Shown: piece by piece, positions 1-10,822 of the stretch
Position numbering within the stretch: the first letter of the stretch is position 1
Layout of the letters: every line of letters begins with the position of its first letter
Source of the DNA: Aquamicrobium soli
GTDB taxonomy: Bacteria > Pseudomonadota > Alphaproteobacteria > Rhizobiales > Rhizobiaceae
Assembly (NCBI RefSeq): GCF_042646345.1
Contig: NZ_JBHRTK010000012.1
Coordinates: 75,330 to 107,329, forward strand
Direction of reading: 5' to 3'
Length of the DNA: 32,000 nucleotides
Translations under genes and position numbers: made by a program
Notes under the pieces: generated by a model
Database searches by the model: none
Told to the model about the DNA's origin: nothing
What the model saw: the letters and a program-made list of their open reading frames with translations, nothing else

Positions 1-1712
<1,712 letters not shown>

Positions 1713-1928
1713 CGGGACGAGCTGTTCAGAGCACGTCCAGCAACAGTGCGAAGCAGCCTTGCGTCCGGAAATGCGGCCAGAACAACCGGTTGGAGCGGTT
1801 ATGCCTATCCCGCGAAAACCAGAACCATTCCGGCACCGCAGCGGCCGTTCACGGGACGCCAGATAGCGCCCAAAGTGCAGCACGACCTTGCGGGTCGCTC
1901 ACCCGGCGCCCGGTATCACGCCAGGACT

Positions 1929-3461
1929 TCACGCGGCATGCGCCATGCTCTGGGCGCTCATGCGATAGGCGATCGCCTCCGCCACGTGAAGGCGGCCGAC
2001 GGTCTCGCTGGCGTCGAGGTCGGCCAGCGTGCGCGCCACCTTCAGCAGCCGATGATAGGCGCGGGCCGAAAAGCCCAGCTTGTCGGCGGCATCGCTCAGC
2101 AATGCCATGCCGGCGGCATCCGGCGCGGCGATCGTCTCGATCAGGGCCGGCGGGCAATGCGCGTTGGTCGTCGCGCCAGCGACACCCAGCTGCTCGAAGC
2201 GCCGGCGCTGGATTTCCCGCGCCCGGGCCACGCGCTCGGCGACAACGGTGCTTGTCTCCGCCCGGTCCGAGCGGATCAGGTCGCGGGTCGAGACCGCCGG
2301 CACCTCGATCCTCAGATCGATGCGGTCGAGCAGTGGGCCGGAAATGCGCGCCTGGTAGTCGGCGCGGCAGCGCTCGCCGCGCGCACAGCGAAAACCGGGC
2401 TCGCCGGCCATGCCGCAGCGGCACGGATTCATCGCCGCCACAAGCTGGATGCGCGCCGGATAGGTGACGCGGTGGTTGGCGCGCGCGATCATGCATTCGC
2501 CGGTTTCCAGCGGCTGGCGCAACGCATCCAGCGTCTGCGGTGAGAATTCGGGGAACTCGTCGAGGAACAGCACGCCATTGTGCGCCAGCGACACTTCGCC
2601 GGGCCGGGCGCGCAGGCCACCGCCGACCAGCGAGGCCATCGAGGCCGAATGGTGCGGCGCGCGGAACGGGCGGCGGTCGGTCAGCTTGCCTTCGCCGAGT
2701 TCGCCGGCGACCGAGGCGATCATCGAGACTTCCAGCAGTTCCTTCGGCGCCAGCGGCGGCAAGATCGAGGGCAGGCGCTGCGCCAGCATCGATTTGCCGG
2801 AGCCCGGAGGGCCGATCATAAGCAGGTTATGACTGCCGGCCGCCGCCACTTCCAGCGCGCGCCTGGCCGTTTCCTGGCCTCTTATGTCGGCGAGGTCGGG
2901 CAGGTTGCTGGCCGGCGCATGGGTTCCTGGTTCGGGGCGCGACAGCACCTGCGTGCCGCGAAAATGGTTGGCGATGGCAATCAGGCTGCGCGGCGCCAGG
3001 ATGTCGATGTCCGCGCCGGCCCAAGCCGCCTCCGGGCCGCAGGCGAAGGGGCAGATCAGGCCCTTGCCCTCGGCATTGGCGCCGATGGCCGCCGGCAGCG
3101 CGCCCGCCACCGCGGCGATGGTGCCGTCGAGCGACAGCTCCCCCAGCACGACATAACCGGCCAGCATGTCGCCCGGAACCGCGCCAATCGCCGCCATCAG
3201 GCCGAGCGCGATCGGCAGGTCGTAATGGCTGCCTTCCTTGGGCAGGTCGGCGGGCGCGAGGTTGATGGTGACTTTCCTTGCCGGCATCGACAGGCCGGAG
3301 GCATGCAGCGCCGCCTGCACCCGCTCGCGGCTTTCGGCCACCGCCTTGTCGGGCAGGCCGACGATCGACATGCCGACCTTGCCGGGCGCCACCATCACCT
3401 GCACGTCGACCGGCACGGCCTCGATGCCCTGGAACGCCACCGTGCGAACGCGCGAAACCAT
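1929..3461 (-). CDS. yifB: YifB/ComM-family Mg-chelatase-like AAA+ ATPase
   Basis: 510-aa ORF. N-terminus MVSRVRTVAFQGIEAVPVDVQV, Walker A GPPGSGKS, Walker B VLFLDEFPEF, and a C-terminal Mg-chelatase-C-like tail ending in an HTH-like region. Confidence 0.9.
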   Translation of the reverse strand: MVSRVRTVAFQGIEAVPVDVQVMVAPGKVGMSIVGLPDKAVAESRERVQAALHASGLSMPARKVTINLAPADLPKEGSHYDLPIALGLMAAIGAVPGDMLAGYVVLGELSLDGTIAAVAGALPAAIGANAEGKGLICPFACGPEAAWAGADIDILAPRSLIAIANHFRGTQVLSRPEPGTHAPASNLPDLADIRGQETARRALEVAAAGSHNLLMIGPPGSGKSMLAQRLPSILPPLAPKELLEVSMIASVAGELGEGKLTDRRPFRAPHHSASMASLVGGGLRARPGEVSLAHNGVLFLDEFPEFSPQTLDALRQPLETGECMIARANHRVTYPARIQLVAAMNPCRCGMAGEPGFRCARGERCRADYQARISGPLLDRIDLRIEVPAVSTRDLIRSDRAETSTVVAERVARAREIQRRRFEQLGVAGATTNAHCPPALIETIAAPDAAGMALLSDAADKLGFSARAYHRLLKVARTLADLDASETVGRLHVAEAIAYRMSAQSMAHAA

Positions 3462-3650
3462 CCTTCCGCCCCCTTCGGGCAGGCAGGCTCATGTTCCGTC
3501 ACCCGTCCGCCCCATGCCAGACAAGCACAGCCAGGCGATCGAATCAAGAACATTTCAGGAACAACCTAGCGACCAGCGTGTGATTCGGTTGTGCCAGGTT
3601 GCATGGCTGGAACAAAGCGCAAGGCCAGCGCCGCCGCGGCTTTCGTCATT

Positions 3651-4595
3651 TCAGCCGCGCTTCTTGTCCTCGACCACGTCCCAGAACAGGCCGGCGATGT
3701 CGGGGCCGCCGAAGCGCTGGATTTCGCGGATGCCGGTGGGCGAGGTGACGTTGATCTCGGTCATATAGTCGCCGATGACATCGATGCCGACGAGGATGAA
3801 GCCGCGTTCCTTCAGGGAGGGACCGATGCGCGCGCAAATCTCGCGCTCGCGTTCGGTCAGGCCGGCCTTTTCGGCGCGCCCGCCGACATGCATGTTGGAA
3901 CGCGACTCTCCTTCCGAAGGCACGCGGTTGACGGCACCGACCGCCTCGCCGTCGATCAGGATTATGCGCTTGTCGCCCTTGCGCACGTCCTTCAGGTAGC
4001 GCTGAACGATGAACGGCTCGCGGAACATCTGCCCGAACATCTCCAGGAGCGAGGTCAGGTTGCGATCGCCGTCGTTGAGCTGGAACACGCCGGCGCCGCC
4101 GTTGCCGTAAAGCGGCTTGAGGATGATGTCGCCGAACTCCTTGCGGAAGGCCTCGACCTCGCGCACGTCCTTGGTGATCAGCGTTTCCGGCATCAGGTCG
4201 GGAAATTCGGTGACGAATATCTTTTCCGGGCTGTTGCGCACCCAGGCAGGATCGTTGACCACCAGCGTCTTCGGGTGGATGCGCTCCAGCATGTGGGTGG
4301 TGGTGATGTAGTTCATGTCGAAGGGCGGGTCCTGGCGCAGCAGGATCACGTCCATTTCCGACAGGTCGGTGCGGACGGGTTCGCCCAGCGTGTAGTGGTT
4401 GCCCTTCTCGTCGCGCACCTGCATTTCCTCGATGCGGGCAATAACCTTGCCGTCGCGCATGGAAAGCCGGTCGGGCGTGTAGTGGAACAGCCTGTGCCCG
4501 CGCCGCTGCGCTTCCAGCGACAGCGCGAACGACGTGTCGCCCGCAATCGAGACGGTAGAAACGTGGTCCATCTGGACGGCGACCTTGAGAGACAT
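3651..4595 (-). CDS. gshB: glutathione synthetase
   Basis: 314-aa ORF with the prokaryotic GshB N-domain ([16 protein letters not shown]) and ATP-grasp region ([39 protein letters not shown]). Confidence 0.9.
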   Translation of the reverse strand: MSLKVAVQMDHVSTVSIAGDTSFALSLEAQRRGHRLFHYTPDRLSMRDGKVIARIEEMQVRDEKGNHYTLGEPVRTDLSEMDVILLRQDPPFDMNYITTTHMLERIHPKTLVVNDPAWVRNSPEKIFVTEFPDLMPETLITKDVREVEAFRKEFGDIILKPLYGNGGAGVFQLNDGDRNLTSLLEMFGQMFREPFIVQRYLKDVRKGDKRIILIDGEAVGAVNRVPSEGESRSNMHVGGRAEKAGLTEREREICARIGPSLKERGFILVGIDVIGDYMTEINVTSPTGIREIQRFGGPDIAGLFWDVVEDKKRG

Positions 4596-4793
4596 GGCGA
4601 GCCCTTGGCGTTCGGGGAAACTGTCTTGCCTTTACAGCTTTGGCCCCAAGCTGCCAATCGCCGGATTGCCCGGCGGCCGGCTGGCAGCTCGAAAACGCCG
4701 GCCCACCGCGGCCGCTTTCTGCCTGGCCCGCTTGTGCGGGCCGGCCACGCGCTTTACAGCAGGGGCGATAACCGAAAGGCGATAGCGACAGAC

Positions 4794-6083
4794 ATGCGAC
4801 TGGGCGGACGGCTGGCGGCAGCCATCGAGGTGCTTGACGACATCGAGCGACGCCACCGGCCGGTGGCGGAGGCGCTGAAGGACTGGGGCGTCTCGCATCG
4901 CTTTGCCGGCGGCGGCGACCGCGCCGCCATCGGCAACATCGTCTACGACGCGCTGCGGTACAGGCGCTCCGCCGGCTGGCTGCTCGGCCAGGACACGCCA
5001 CGCGCCGTTGGCTTCGGCGCCCTGCTGCTTCGGGGCGAACACTCGGCCGCCGGGCTCAACGCTGTGTTGGAGGACGACAGGTTCGCGCCACCACCGCTGG
5101 ACGACGCCGAATTGAAAGCGCTCGAGGGTAGGCAGATCGCCGATGCGCCGGGCCCGGTGCGCGCCGACATCCCCGACTGGTGCGTGCCGCTGTTCGAGCG
5201 CGCCTTCGGCGACGATTGGGTCGGGGAAGGGGCTGCCCTGGCCGCACGCCCGCCTCTCGATATGCGCGCCAACACCTTGCGGGCCGGCCGCGACAAGGTT
5301 CTGGCCGAACTGTCCCAAACCGGGGCGCGGCCGACCACGATCGCACCGGACGGCCTGCGCATCGCACCGATTTCTGGCGACGGCCGCCACCCCAACGTCC
5401 AGGCCGAGGCCGCCTTCCAGAAAGGCTGGTTCGAGGTGCAGGACGAAGGCTCGCAGATCGCCGCAATGCTCGCCGGAGCGAAGCCCGGCATGCAGGTGCT
5501 CGACTATTGCGCGGGCGCCGGCGGCAAGACGCTGGCCCTGTCGGCGGCGATGGACAACCACGGCCAGGTTTTTGCCCAGGACGCCGAAAAGGTGCGGCTC
5601 GCGCCGATCTTCGACCGGCTGCGCCGCAGCGGCAACCGCAATGTGCAGGTCGTCACCAAGCCGGCGGAACTGGCGGCGCTCTCCGGGCATATGGACATCG
5701 TGCTCATCGATGCGCCCTGCACCGGCAGCGGCACGTGGCGGCGCAGGCCCGACGCCAAATGGCGGCTGACGCAAAGGCAGCTCGAAACCCGCATGGCCGA
5801 ACAGGCCGCGATCCTCGACGCGGCCCGGGATTTCGTGAAGCCGGGCGGGTTGCTGGTCTACGTCACCTGTTCGGTCTTCGATGAAGAAAACGGCGCGCAA
5901 ACCGCCGCCTTCCGCCAACGCGACCCGCGTTTCGCGGCTGTCGATCACCGGGCCCTGTGGCAGAGCCGTTTTCCGGGCCATGAGGCGGCCGCGCGCATCG
6001 ATCCCGAAGGCGGCATCCGCCTTTCGCCGGCGAGAAGCGGCACCGACGGCTTCTATTTCTGCGCCATGCGCCGGCAGGCCTGA
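4794..6083 (+). CDS. RsmB/NOP2/Sun-family SAM-dependent RNA (cytosine-C5) methyltransferase
   Basis: The real start is taken as ATG 4794 (MRLGGRLAAAIEVL), in frame with track ORF 3591..6083. The upstream 400 codons of that ORF are antisense to gshB. SAM motif DYCAGAGGKTLAL; catalytic Cys motifs DAPCTGSGTWRRRPD and YVTCSVFDEEN. Confidence 0.85.
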   Translation: MRLGGRLAAAIEVLDDIERRHRPVAEALKDWGVSHRFAGGGDRAAIGNIVYDALRYRRSAGWLLGQDTPRAVGFGALLLRGEHSAAGLNAVLEDDRFAPPPLDDAELKALEGRQIADAPGPVRADIPDWCVPLFERAFGDDWVGEGAALAARPPLDMRANTLRAGRDKVLAELSQTGARPTTIAPDGLRIAPISGDGRHPNVQAEAAFQKGWFEVQDEGSQIAAMLAGAKPGMQVLDYCAGAGGKTLALSAAMDNHGQVFAQDAEKVRLAPIFDRLRRSGNRNVQVVTKPAELAALSGHMDIVLIDAPCTGSGTWRRRPDAKWRLTQRQLETRMAEQAAILDAARDFVKPGGLLVYVTCSVFDEENGAQTAAFRQRDPRFAAVDHRALWQSRFPGHEAAARIDPEGGIRLSPARSGTDGFYFCAMRRQA

Positions 6084-6166
6084 TTGCTGCGCCGCAGCAT
6101 TTGAGGATTGCCTGCCCGGCCGGGCTCTGCGATAAGCCCCCTAACGCAGCAGCGAAAGCACTCGCC

Positions 6167-6625
6167 ATGGCGGCAAAGATCGTACCGGCCCCGAACTACG
6201 AGGAACGCGTTCGCGCCTCTTTCCTGCGCCAGCAGGCGATGAAGACCATCGGCGCGGAACTGACGCTGGTGACGCCCGGCATCATCGAGATCGAGATGCC
6301 CTATTCGTCGGCGCTGACGCAGCAGCACGGCTTCCTGCATGCGGGCGTCATTTCCACGGCGCTGGATTCGGCCTGCGGCTACGCCGCCTTTTCGCTGATG
6401 CCGGAAAACGCCGGGGTGCTGACCATCGAGTTCAAGGTCAACCTGCTCGCGCCCGGCAAGGGCGAGCGCTTCCTGTTCAGGGGCTCCGTCACCAAACCCG
6501 GCCGCACCATCATCGTCGCCGACGGGCAGGCCTATGCCTTTGCCGACGACGGCGAGGCACGCCTCATCGCCACCATGACGGGCACGATGATGACGGTGGT
6601 CGGCCGCGACGGCATCGACGGCTAG
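6167..6625 (+). CDS. PaaI-family hotdog-fold thioesterase
   Basis: Start chosen at ATG 6167 (MAAKIVPAPNYEERV). Typical PaaI core QQHGFLHAGVISTALDSACGYA and TIEFKVNLLAP. An alternative upstream start exists at 6101. Confidence 0.7.
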   Translation: MAAKIVPAPNYEERVRASFLRQQAMKTIGAELTLVTPGIIEIEMPYSSALTQQHGFLHAGVISTALDSACGYAAFSLMPENAGVLTIEFKVNLLAPGKGERFLFRGSVTKPGRTIIVADGQAYAFADDGEARLIATMTGTMMTVVGRDGIDG

Positions 6626-6627
6626 GC

Positions 6628-7263
6628 GTGACGACCCTCACCAGCCTCGGCGGAAAGAACGTGCTGTTCGCCATGGCGGCAGCGGCGGAATACGGACCGC
6701 ACCTCCAGCGCCTGTTCACGCCGCTGATGACCGGCGTCGGCCCGGTGGAGGCAGCCGTCACGCTCACCGCCGAACTCGCACGGTTGCAGGCAAGAGCGGC
6801 CCTGCCCGATCTGGTCGTGTCGCTCGGCTCCGCCGGCAGCCGGCGGCTCGCGCAGGCCGAAATCTACCAGGCCATATCGGTAAGCTATCGCGACATGGAC
6901 GCCTCCGCGCTCGGCGTCGACAAGGGCGTGACGCCGTTTGTCGGCCTGCCGGCAACCCTGCCGCTCCCCTTGCGCATCCCGGGCATCCCCGAGGCGAGCC
7001 TGTCGACGGGGGCCGTGATCATCTCCGGCCGCGCCTATGACGATATTGCCGAAGACATGGTCGACATGGAGACCTATGCCTGCCTGCGCGCCTGCCAGCA
7101 TTTCGGCGTGCCGTTGATTGCCCTGCGCGGCATTTCGGACGGAGCGGCCGAGCTGCGGCATGTCGGCGACTGGACGGCCTATCTTCACGTGATCGACGAC
7201 AAGCTCGCCGAAGCCGTAACGGCGCTTGGGCAAGCGCTGGCGCGCGACGAAATCCTGCTTTGA
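6628..7263 (+). CDS. MTA/SAH nucleosidase-like nucleoside phosphorylase (PNP_UDP_1 family)
   Basis: 211-aa ORF with a GTG start, 2 nt after the previous stop. Family-like segments GVGPVEAAVT, SLGSAGS, DMETYA and ALRGISD. Confidence 0.6.
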   Translation: MTTLTSLGGKNVLFAMAAAAEYGPHLQRLFTPLMTGVGPVEAAVTLTAELARLQARAALPDLVVSLGSAGSRRLAQAEIYQAISVSYRDMDASALGVDKGVTPFVGLPATLPLPLRIPGIPEASLSTGAVIISGRAYDDIAEDMVDMETYACLRACQHFGVPLIALRGISDGAAELRHVGDWTAYLHVIDDKLAEAVTALGQALARDEILL

Positions 7264-7315
7264 TACCGGCCGGACAACCCACGAGCCCATTGCACCGGAC
7301 GAAGTTCTTCTTTAA

Positions 7316-8887
7316 ATGCCCGCCATGACGATCACCCATCCTTCCGACACCGTTCTCATCATCGACTTTGGCAGCCAGGTCACGCAGCTGATCGCCAGGC
7401 GCGTGCGCGAGGCCGGGGTCTACAGCGAGGTCGTGCCGTTCCAGTCGGCGCAGGAGGCTTTCACGCGGATCAGGCCGAAAGCGGTCATCCTCTCCGGCAG
7501 CCCGCATTCGACCGTCGACATCGGCAGCCCGCGTGCGCCGGACGCCGTCTTCACCGCCGGAATCCCGGTGCTCGGCATCTGCTACGGCGAACAGACCATG
7601 TGCGCCCAACTCGGCGGCAAGGTGGAAGCCGGCCACGACCGCGAATTCGGCCGCGCCTTCCTAGAGATCGAGGGCGATTGCGCGCTGTTCGACGGCATCT
7701 GGGCCAAGGGCACGCGCCACCAGGTGTGGATGAGCCATGGCGACCGCGTGACCGCGATCCCGCCCGGCTTCAAGGTGGTCGGCACCTCGACCGGCGCCCC
7801 CTTCGCCGCCATCGCCGACGACGCCCGCAAGTTCTACGCGGTGCAGTTCCATCCGGAAGTGGCACATACGCCGGACGGCGCCAAGCTCATCACCAATTTC
7901 GTCCGCGAGATCGCGGGCCTGCGCTCCGACTGGAGCATGGCCGCCTATCGCGAACAGGCGGTCGAGGCGATCCGCAAGCAGGTCGGCAAGGGCAAGGTCA
8001 TCTGCGCGCTTTCGGGCGGCGTCGATTCCTCGGTGGCCGCGCTCCTGATCCACGAGGCGGTCGGCGAACAGCTCACCTGCATCCTCGTCGACCATGGCCT
8101 GATGCGCAAGAACGAGGCGGCCGATGTCGTCGCCATGTTCCGCCAGCACTACAATCTGCCGCTGATCCTGGTCGACGCCTCGGACAAGTTCATTTCGGCG
8201 CTGGAAAGCGAGAGCGATCCCGAGAAGAAGCGCAAGACCATCGGCCGGCTGTTCATCGAAGTCTTCGAGGAAGAGGCGAAGAAGCTCGGCGGAGCGGACT
8301 TCCTGGCGCAGGGCACCCTCTACCCCGACGTGATCGAGAGCGTGTCCTTCACCGGGGCGACTTCTTCCACCATCAAGTCGCATCACAATGTCGGCGGCCT
8401 GCCCGAGCGCATGAACATGAAGCTGGTGGAGCCGCTGCGCGAACTGTTCAAGGACGAGGTGCGGGTGCTGGGCAAGGAACTCGGCCTGCCGGACAGTTTT
8501 ATCGGCCGCCATCCGTTCCCGGGCCCGGGCCTTGCCATCCGCTGCCCCGGCGGCGTGACGCGCGAAAAGCTGGAAATCCTGCGCGAGGCGGATGCCGTCT
8601 ATCTCGACGAGATCCGCAAGGCAGGCCTCTACGACGCCATCTGGCAGGCCTTCGCGGTTCTCCTGCCGGTGCAGACGGTCGGCGTGATGGGCGACGGCCG
8701 CACCTACGAATTCGTCTGCGCGCTGCGCGCGGTGACCTCGGTCGACGGCATGACGGCGGATTTCTATCCCTACGACATGGGCTTCCTCGGCCGCGCCGCC
8801 ACCCGCATCATCAACGAAGTCCGCGGCATCAACCGCGTCGTCTACGACGTGACCTCGAAGCCCCCCGGCACCATCGAGTGGGAATAA
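7316..8887 (+). CDS. guaA: GMP synthase (glutamine-hydrolysing)
   Basis: 523-aa ORF. GATase-1 domain ([15 protein letters not shown]). ATP-PPase P-loop [11 protein letters not shown]-terminal dimerisation domain ending in the canonical PPGTIEWE. An alternative start is at 7325. Confidence 0.95.
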   Translation: MPAMTITHPSDTVLIIDFGSQVTQLIARRVREAGVYSEVVPFQSAQEAFTRIRPKAVILSGSPHSTVDIGSPRAPDAVFTAGIPVLGICYGEQTMCAQLGGKVEAGHDREFGRAFLEIEGDCALFDGIWAKGTRHQVWMSHGDRVTAIPPGFKVVGTSTGAPFAAIADDARKFYAVQFHPEVAHTPDGAKLITNFVREIAGLRSDWSMAAYREQAVEAIRKQVGKGKVICALSGGVDSSVAALLIHEAVGEQLTCILVDHGLMRKNEAADVVAMFRQHYNLPLILVDASDKFISALESESDPEKKRKTIGRLFIEVFEEEAKKLGGADFLAQGTLYPDVIESVSFTGATSSTIKSHHNVGGLPERMNMKLVEPLRELFKDEVRVLGKELGLPDSFIGRHPFPGPGLAIRCPGGVTREKLEILREADAVYLDEIRKAGLYDAIWQAFAVLLPVQTVGVMGDGRTYEFVCALRAVTSVDGMTADFYPYDMGFLGRAATRIINEVRGINRVVYDVTSKPPGTIEWE

Positions 8888-8890
8888 TTC
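8873..8890 (+). repeat. attL core (ATCGAGTGGGAATAATTC), comprising the last codons and TAA stop of guaA
   Basis: Identical 18-mer recurs at 18719-18736. Identity rises to 20 of 21 positions when extended 3 nt to the left. Confidence 0.8.
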
Positions 8891-9014
8891 GCGCCTACCC
8901 AAAAGCCGCCGACAACCGCCGATTTCCCTCCATAACGCGCTGAAAATAAAGAATTTTCTCTCTGTCGTCTTTCGCCGTCAATCGCCGGGCAAGCCTCGCG
9001 ATCGACGGCGGAGC

Positions 9015-9161
9015 TGACGGTATGGGGCGTCTTGTGACACCGAAGATTTGCATATACCGTCATGGCTTAGAGAGCTTGTGACGGTATTTTTTTGGACCTT
9101 ATTCCATTGAGAATAAAGGAAAATTCTCCGTCAGGATTGGTCGATTTTGGCCTGACGGTAT
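9015..9161. promoter_or_regulatory. Cluster of TGACGGTAT repeats; candidate integrase/RDF arm-type binding sites
   Basis: The exact 9-mer occurs at 9015-9023 (+), 9054-9062 (-), 9079-9087 (+) and 9153-9161 (+). Copies 3 and 4 are followed by a T-run. Partial TGACGG copies lie at 8975-8980 (-) and 9128-9133 (-). All sit between attL and the integrase start. Confidence 0.45.
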
Positions 9162-9206
9162 TTTTAGGGGCTCTCTGGCGTTTTTTGAACGATCTTGGAG
9201 GGTCCG

Positions 9207-10463
9207 ATGCTTACCGATGCGGCAATCAAAGCACTGAAACCAAAAGACAAATTATACAAGGTCGCTGACCGTGACGGTATGTATGTCGTCGTGAGCCCGT
9301 CGGGCGCCGTCGTGTTCCGCTATGACTACCGCATGCACGGTCGACGCGAGACCTTGACCCTCGGTCGATACGGGCCGGCGGGCCTCTCTTTGGCCCGTGC
9401 GCGGGAGAAGCTGATCGACGCGCAGCGCTCGATACAGGAAGGGCGGTCGCCGGCCCAGGAGAAGCAGCGCGAGAAGCGCCGCATCAAGGAAGCAAAGAGC
9501 TTCGGCGAGTTTGGCGAACGCTGGCTGCAAGAGCACCGGATGGCCGAAAGCACCCGCGCGATGCGCCGCTCGATCTACGAGCGGGACATCCTACCGACGT
9601 TCCGCAATCGGCTGCTGACGGAAATCACGCCCGAGGATCTCCGGGCGATGTGCGACAAGGTGAAAAAGCGGGGAGCACCGGCCACGGCGGTCCATGTCCG
9701 TGACATCGTGAAGCTGGTCTTCGCCTTTGCTAAGCTGCATGGGGAGAAGGTGCCGAATCCCGCCGAAGAGGTCGGGCCGGCGTCGATCGCGACGTTCGTT
9801 CCCAAGGACCGCTCGCTCTCGCCCGCCGAAATTCGGGTGATGCTCGGCCAGCTAGAGCATGTGGCGACGCTGCCGACAATTCGGCTCGGTCTGAAGCTGA
9901 TCCTGCTAACGATGGTCCGCAAGAGCGAGTTGCAGGACGCGGTGTGGGATGAGGTCGACTTCGAGAATGCGGTGTGGTCCATCCCGAAGGAGCGGATGAA
10001 GCGTTCCAAGCCGCACAACGTCTATCTGTGCGAACAGTCGCTCGACATCCTTGTCGCGCTCAAGACCTGTGCCGGCAATTCGCGCTACCTGCTGCCCTCG
10101 CGCTACGACGCGGATGCGCCAATGTCGCGCGCGACCTTCAACCGCGTCACTACGGCGGTCGTCGTGCAAGCTAAGAAGGCGGGCCTGCCGCTGGAGCCGT
10201 TCACCGTGCATGACCTTCGCCGCACGGGCTCGACGCTGCTTAACGAGCTGGGCTTTAACAGCGACTGGATCGAGAAGTGCCTGGCGCACGAGGACGGGCG
10301 TTCTTCGCGCGGCGTCTATAACAAGGCCGAGTATGAGCACCAGCGCCGCCACATGATGCAGGAATGGGGCAATCTGATTGACGCATGGGTCGGCGGCCAG
10401 AAATACACCCCGACGCTCTATCCGGCCTCCATGGACCTTCTGACCCCGGAGCCTAGTCTTTGA
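9207..10463 (+). CDS. P4-type tyrosine recombinase/integrase (DUF4102 arm-binding N-domain plus catalytic domain)
   Basis: ATG 9207 is preceded by GGAGGG 5 nt upstream; the track start at 9195 is a TTG. N-terminus LTDAAIKALKPKDKLYKVADRDGMYVVVSPSG. Catalytic residues R (MVRKSEL), HDLRRTGST and LAHEDG...GVYNKAEY. Confidence 0.9.
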   Translation: MLTDAAIKALKPKDKLYKVADRDGMYVVVSPSGAVVFRYDYRMHGRRETLTLGRYGPAGLSLARAREKLIDAQRSIQEGRSPAQEKQREKRRIKEAKSFGEFGERWLQEHRMAESTRAMRRSIYERDILPTFRNRLLTEITPEDLRAMCDKVKKRGAPATAVHVRDIVKLVFAFAKLHGEKVPNPAEEVGPASIATFVPKDRSLSPAEIRVMLGQLEHVATLPTIRLGLKLILLTMVRKSELQDAVWDEVDFENAVWSIPKERMKRSKPHNVYLCEQSLDILVALKTCAGNSRYLLPSRYDADAPMSRATFNRVTTAVVVQAKKAGLPLEPFTVHDLRRTGSTLLNELGFNSDWIEKCLAHEDGRSSRGVYNKAEYEHQRRHMMQEWGNLIDAWVGGQKYTPTLYPASMDLLTPEPSL

Positions 10464-10659
10464 CCGGACGGGTCTTCCTGAGCGTGACGTCGGGCGCCGG
10501 CGCACGCTTGGTCGTCTTCGCCTTGGAGGCTCGGCGGCGTTCTTCAAGCCAAGCCTCCACTTCGCCGAGGTCCCAGACGACGGTTCGAGAGGTCAGATAG
10601 AAGCGCTGCGGAAACTCGCCGCGCTGCTCCATGTCGTAGATGGTCGTGTCGGCCATCAT
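10453..10659 (-). pseudogene. AlpA/excisionase-family wHTH gene, apparently 5'-truncated
   Basis: The 68-aa ORF begins MMADTTIYDMEQRGEFPQRF...VVWDLGEVEAWLEERR. This aligns with the second half of the AlpA HTH (xSRSTIYxMxxxGxFPxP...W...EVxxW). The first helix, about 15 aa, is absent. Sequence directly upstream is antisense to a trbB fragment. Confidence 0.55.
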
Positions 10660-10822
10660 GCGCGCCGATCAGGCCGCGACCTTGCGCGAAGCCGTCGCCG
10701 CACGCGCCAACATTCTCGTCGCGGGCGGCACCTCCACCGGCAAGACCACGCTGACCAACGCGCTGCTCGCTGAAGTCGCCAAGAGCGCCGATCGCGTCGT
10801 CATCATCGAGGACACGCGCGAA
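10658..10822 (+). pseudogene. Internal fragment (about 55 codons) of a TrbB/VirB11-type type IV secretion ATPase
   Basis: Reads RADQAATLREAVAARANILVAGGTSTGKTTLTNALLAEVAKSADRVVIIEDTRE, i.e. the Walker A and following strand of VirB11/TrbB. There are no N- or C-terminal domains. The frame runs into antisense ParB-like sequence after 10822. Confidence 0.65.

Noticed and set aside
3591-4793. N-terminal 400-codon extension of the RsmB-like ORF (track ORF 3591..6083)
   Set aside because: This part is antisense to the clearly recognisable gshB and shows no methyltransferase-family sequence. Family-typical sequence begins at ATG 4794.
9015-9161. Possibility that the TGACGGTAT repeats form a mini-CRISPR or other tandem array
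   Set aside because: The repeat unit is only 9 bp. Spacing is irregular (about 30-65 bp), orientation is mixed, and no cas genes are present. This fits recombinase arm sites better.
8891-9194. Searched for a tRNA or tmRNA gene as the integration target next to the integrase
   Set aside because: I saw no cloverleaf-compatible sequence and no conserved T-loop (GTTCGAATC-like). The duplicated att core maps to the guaA terminus instead.
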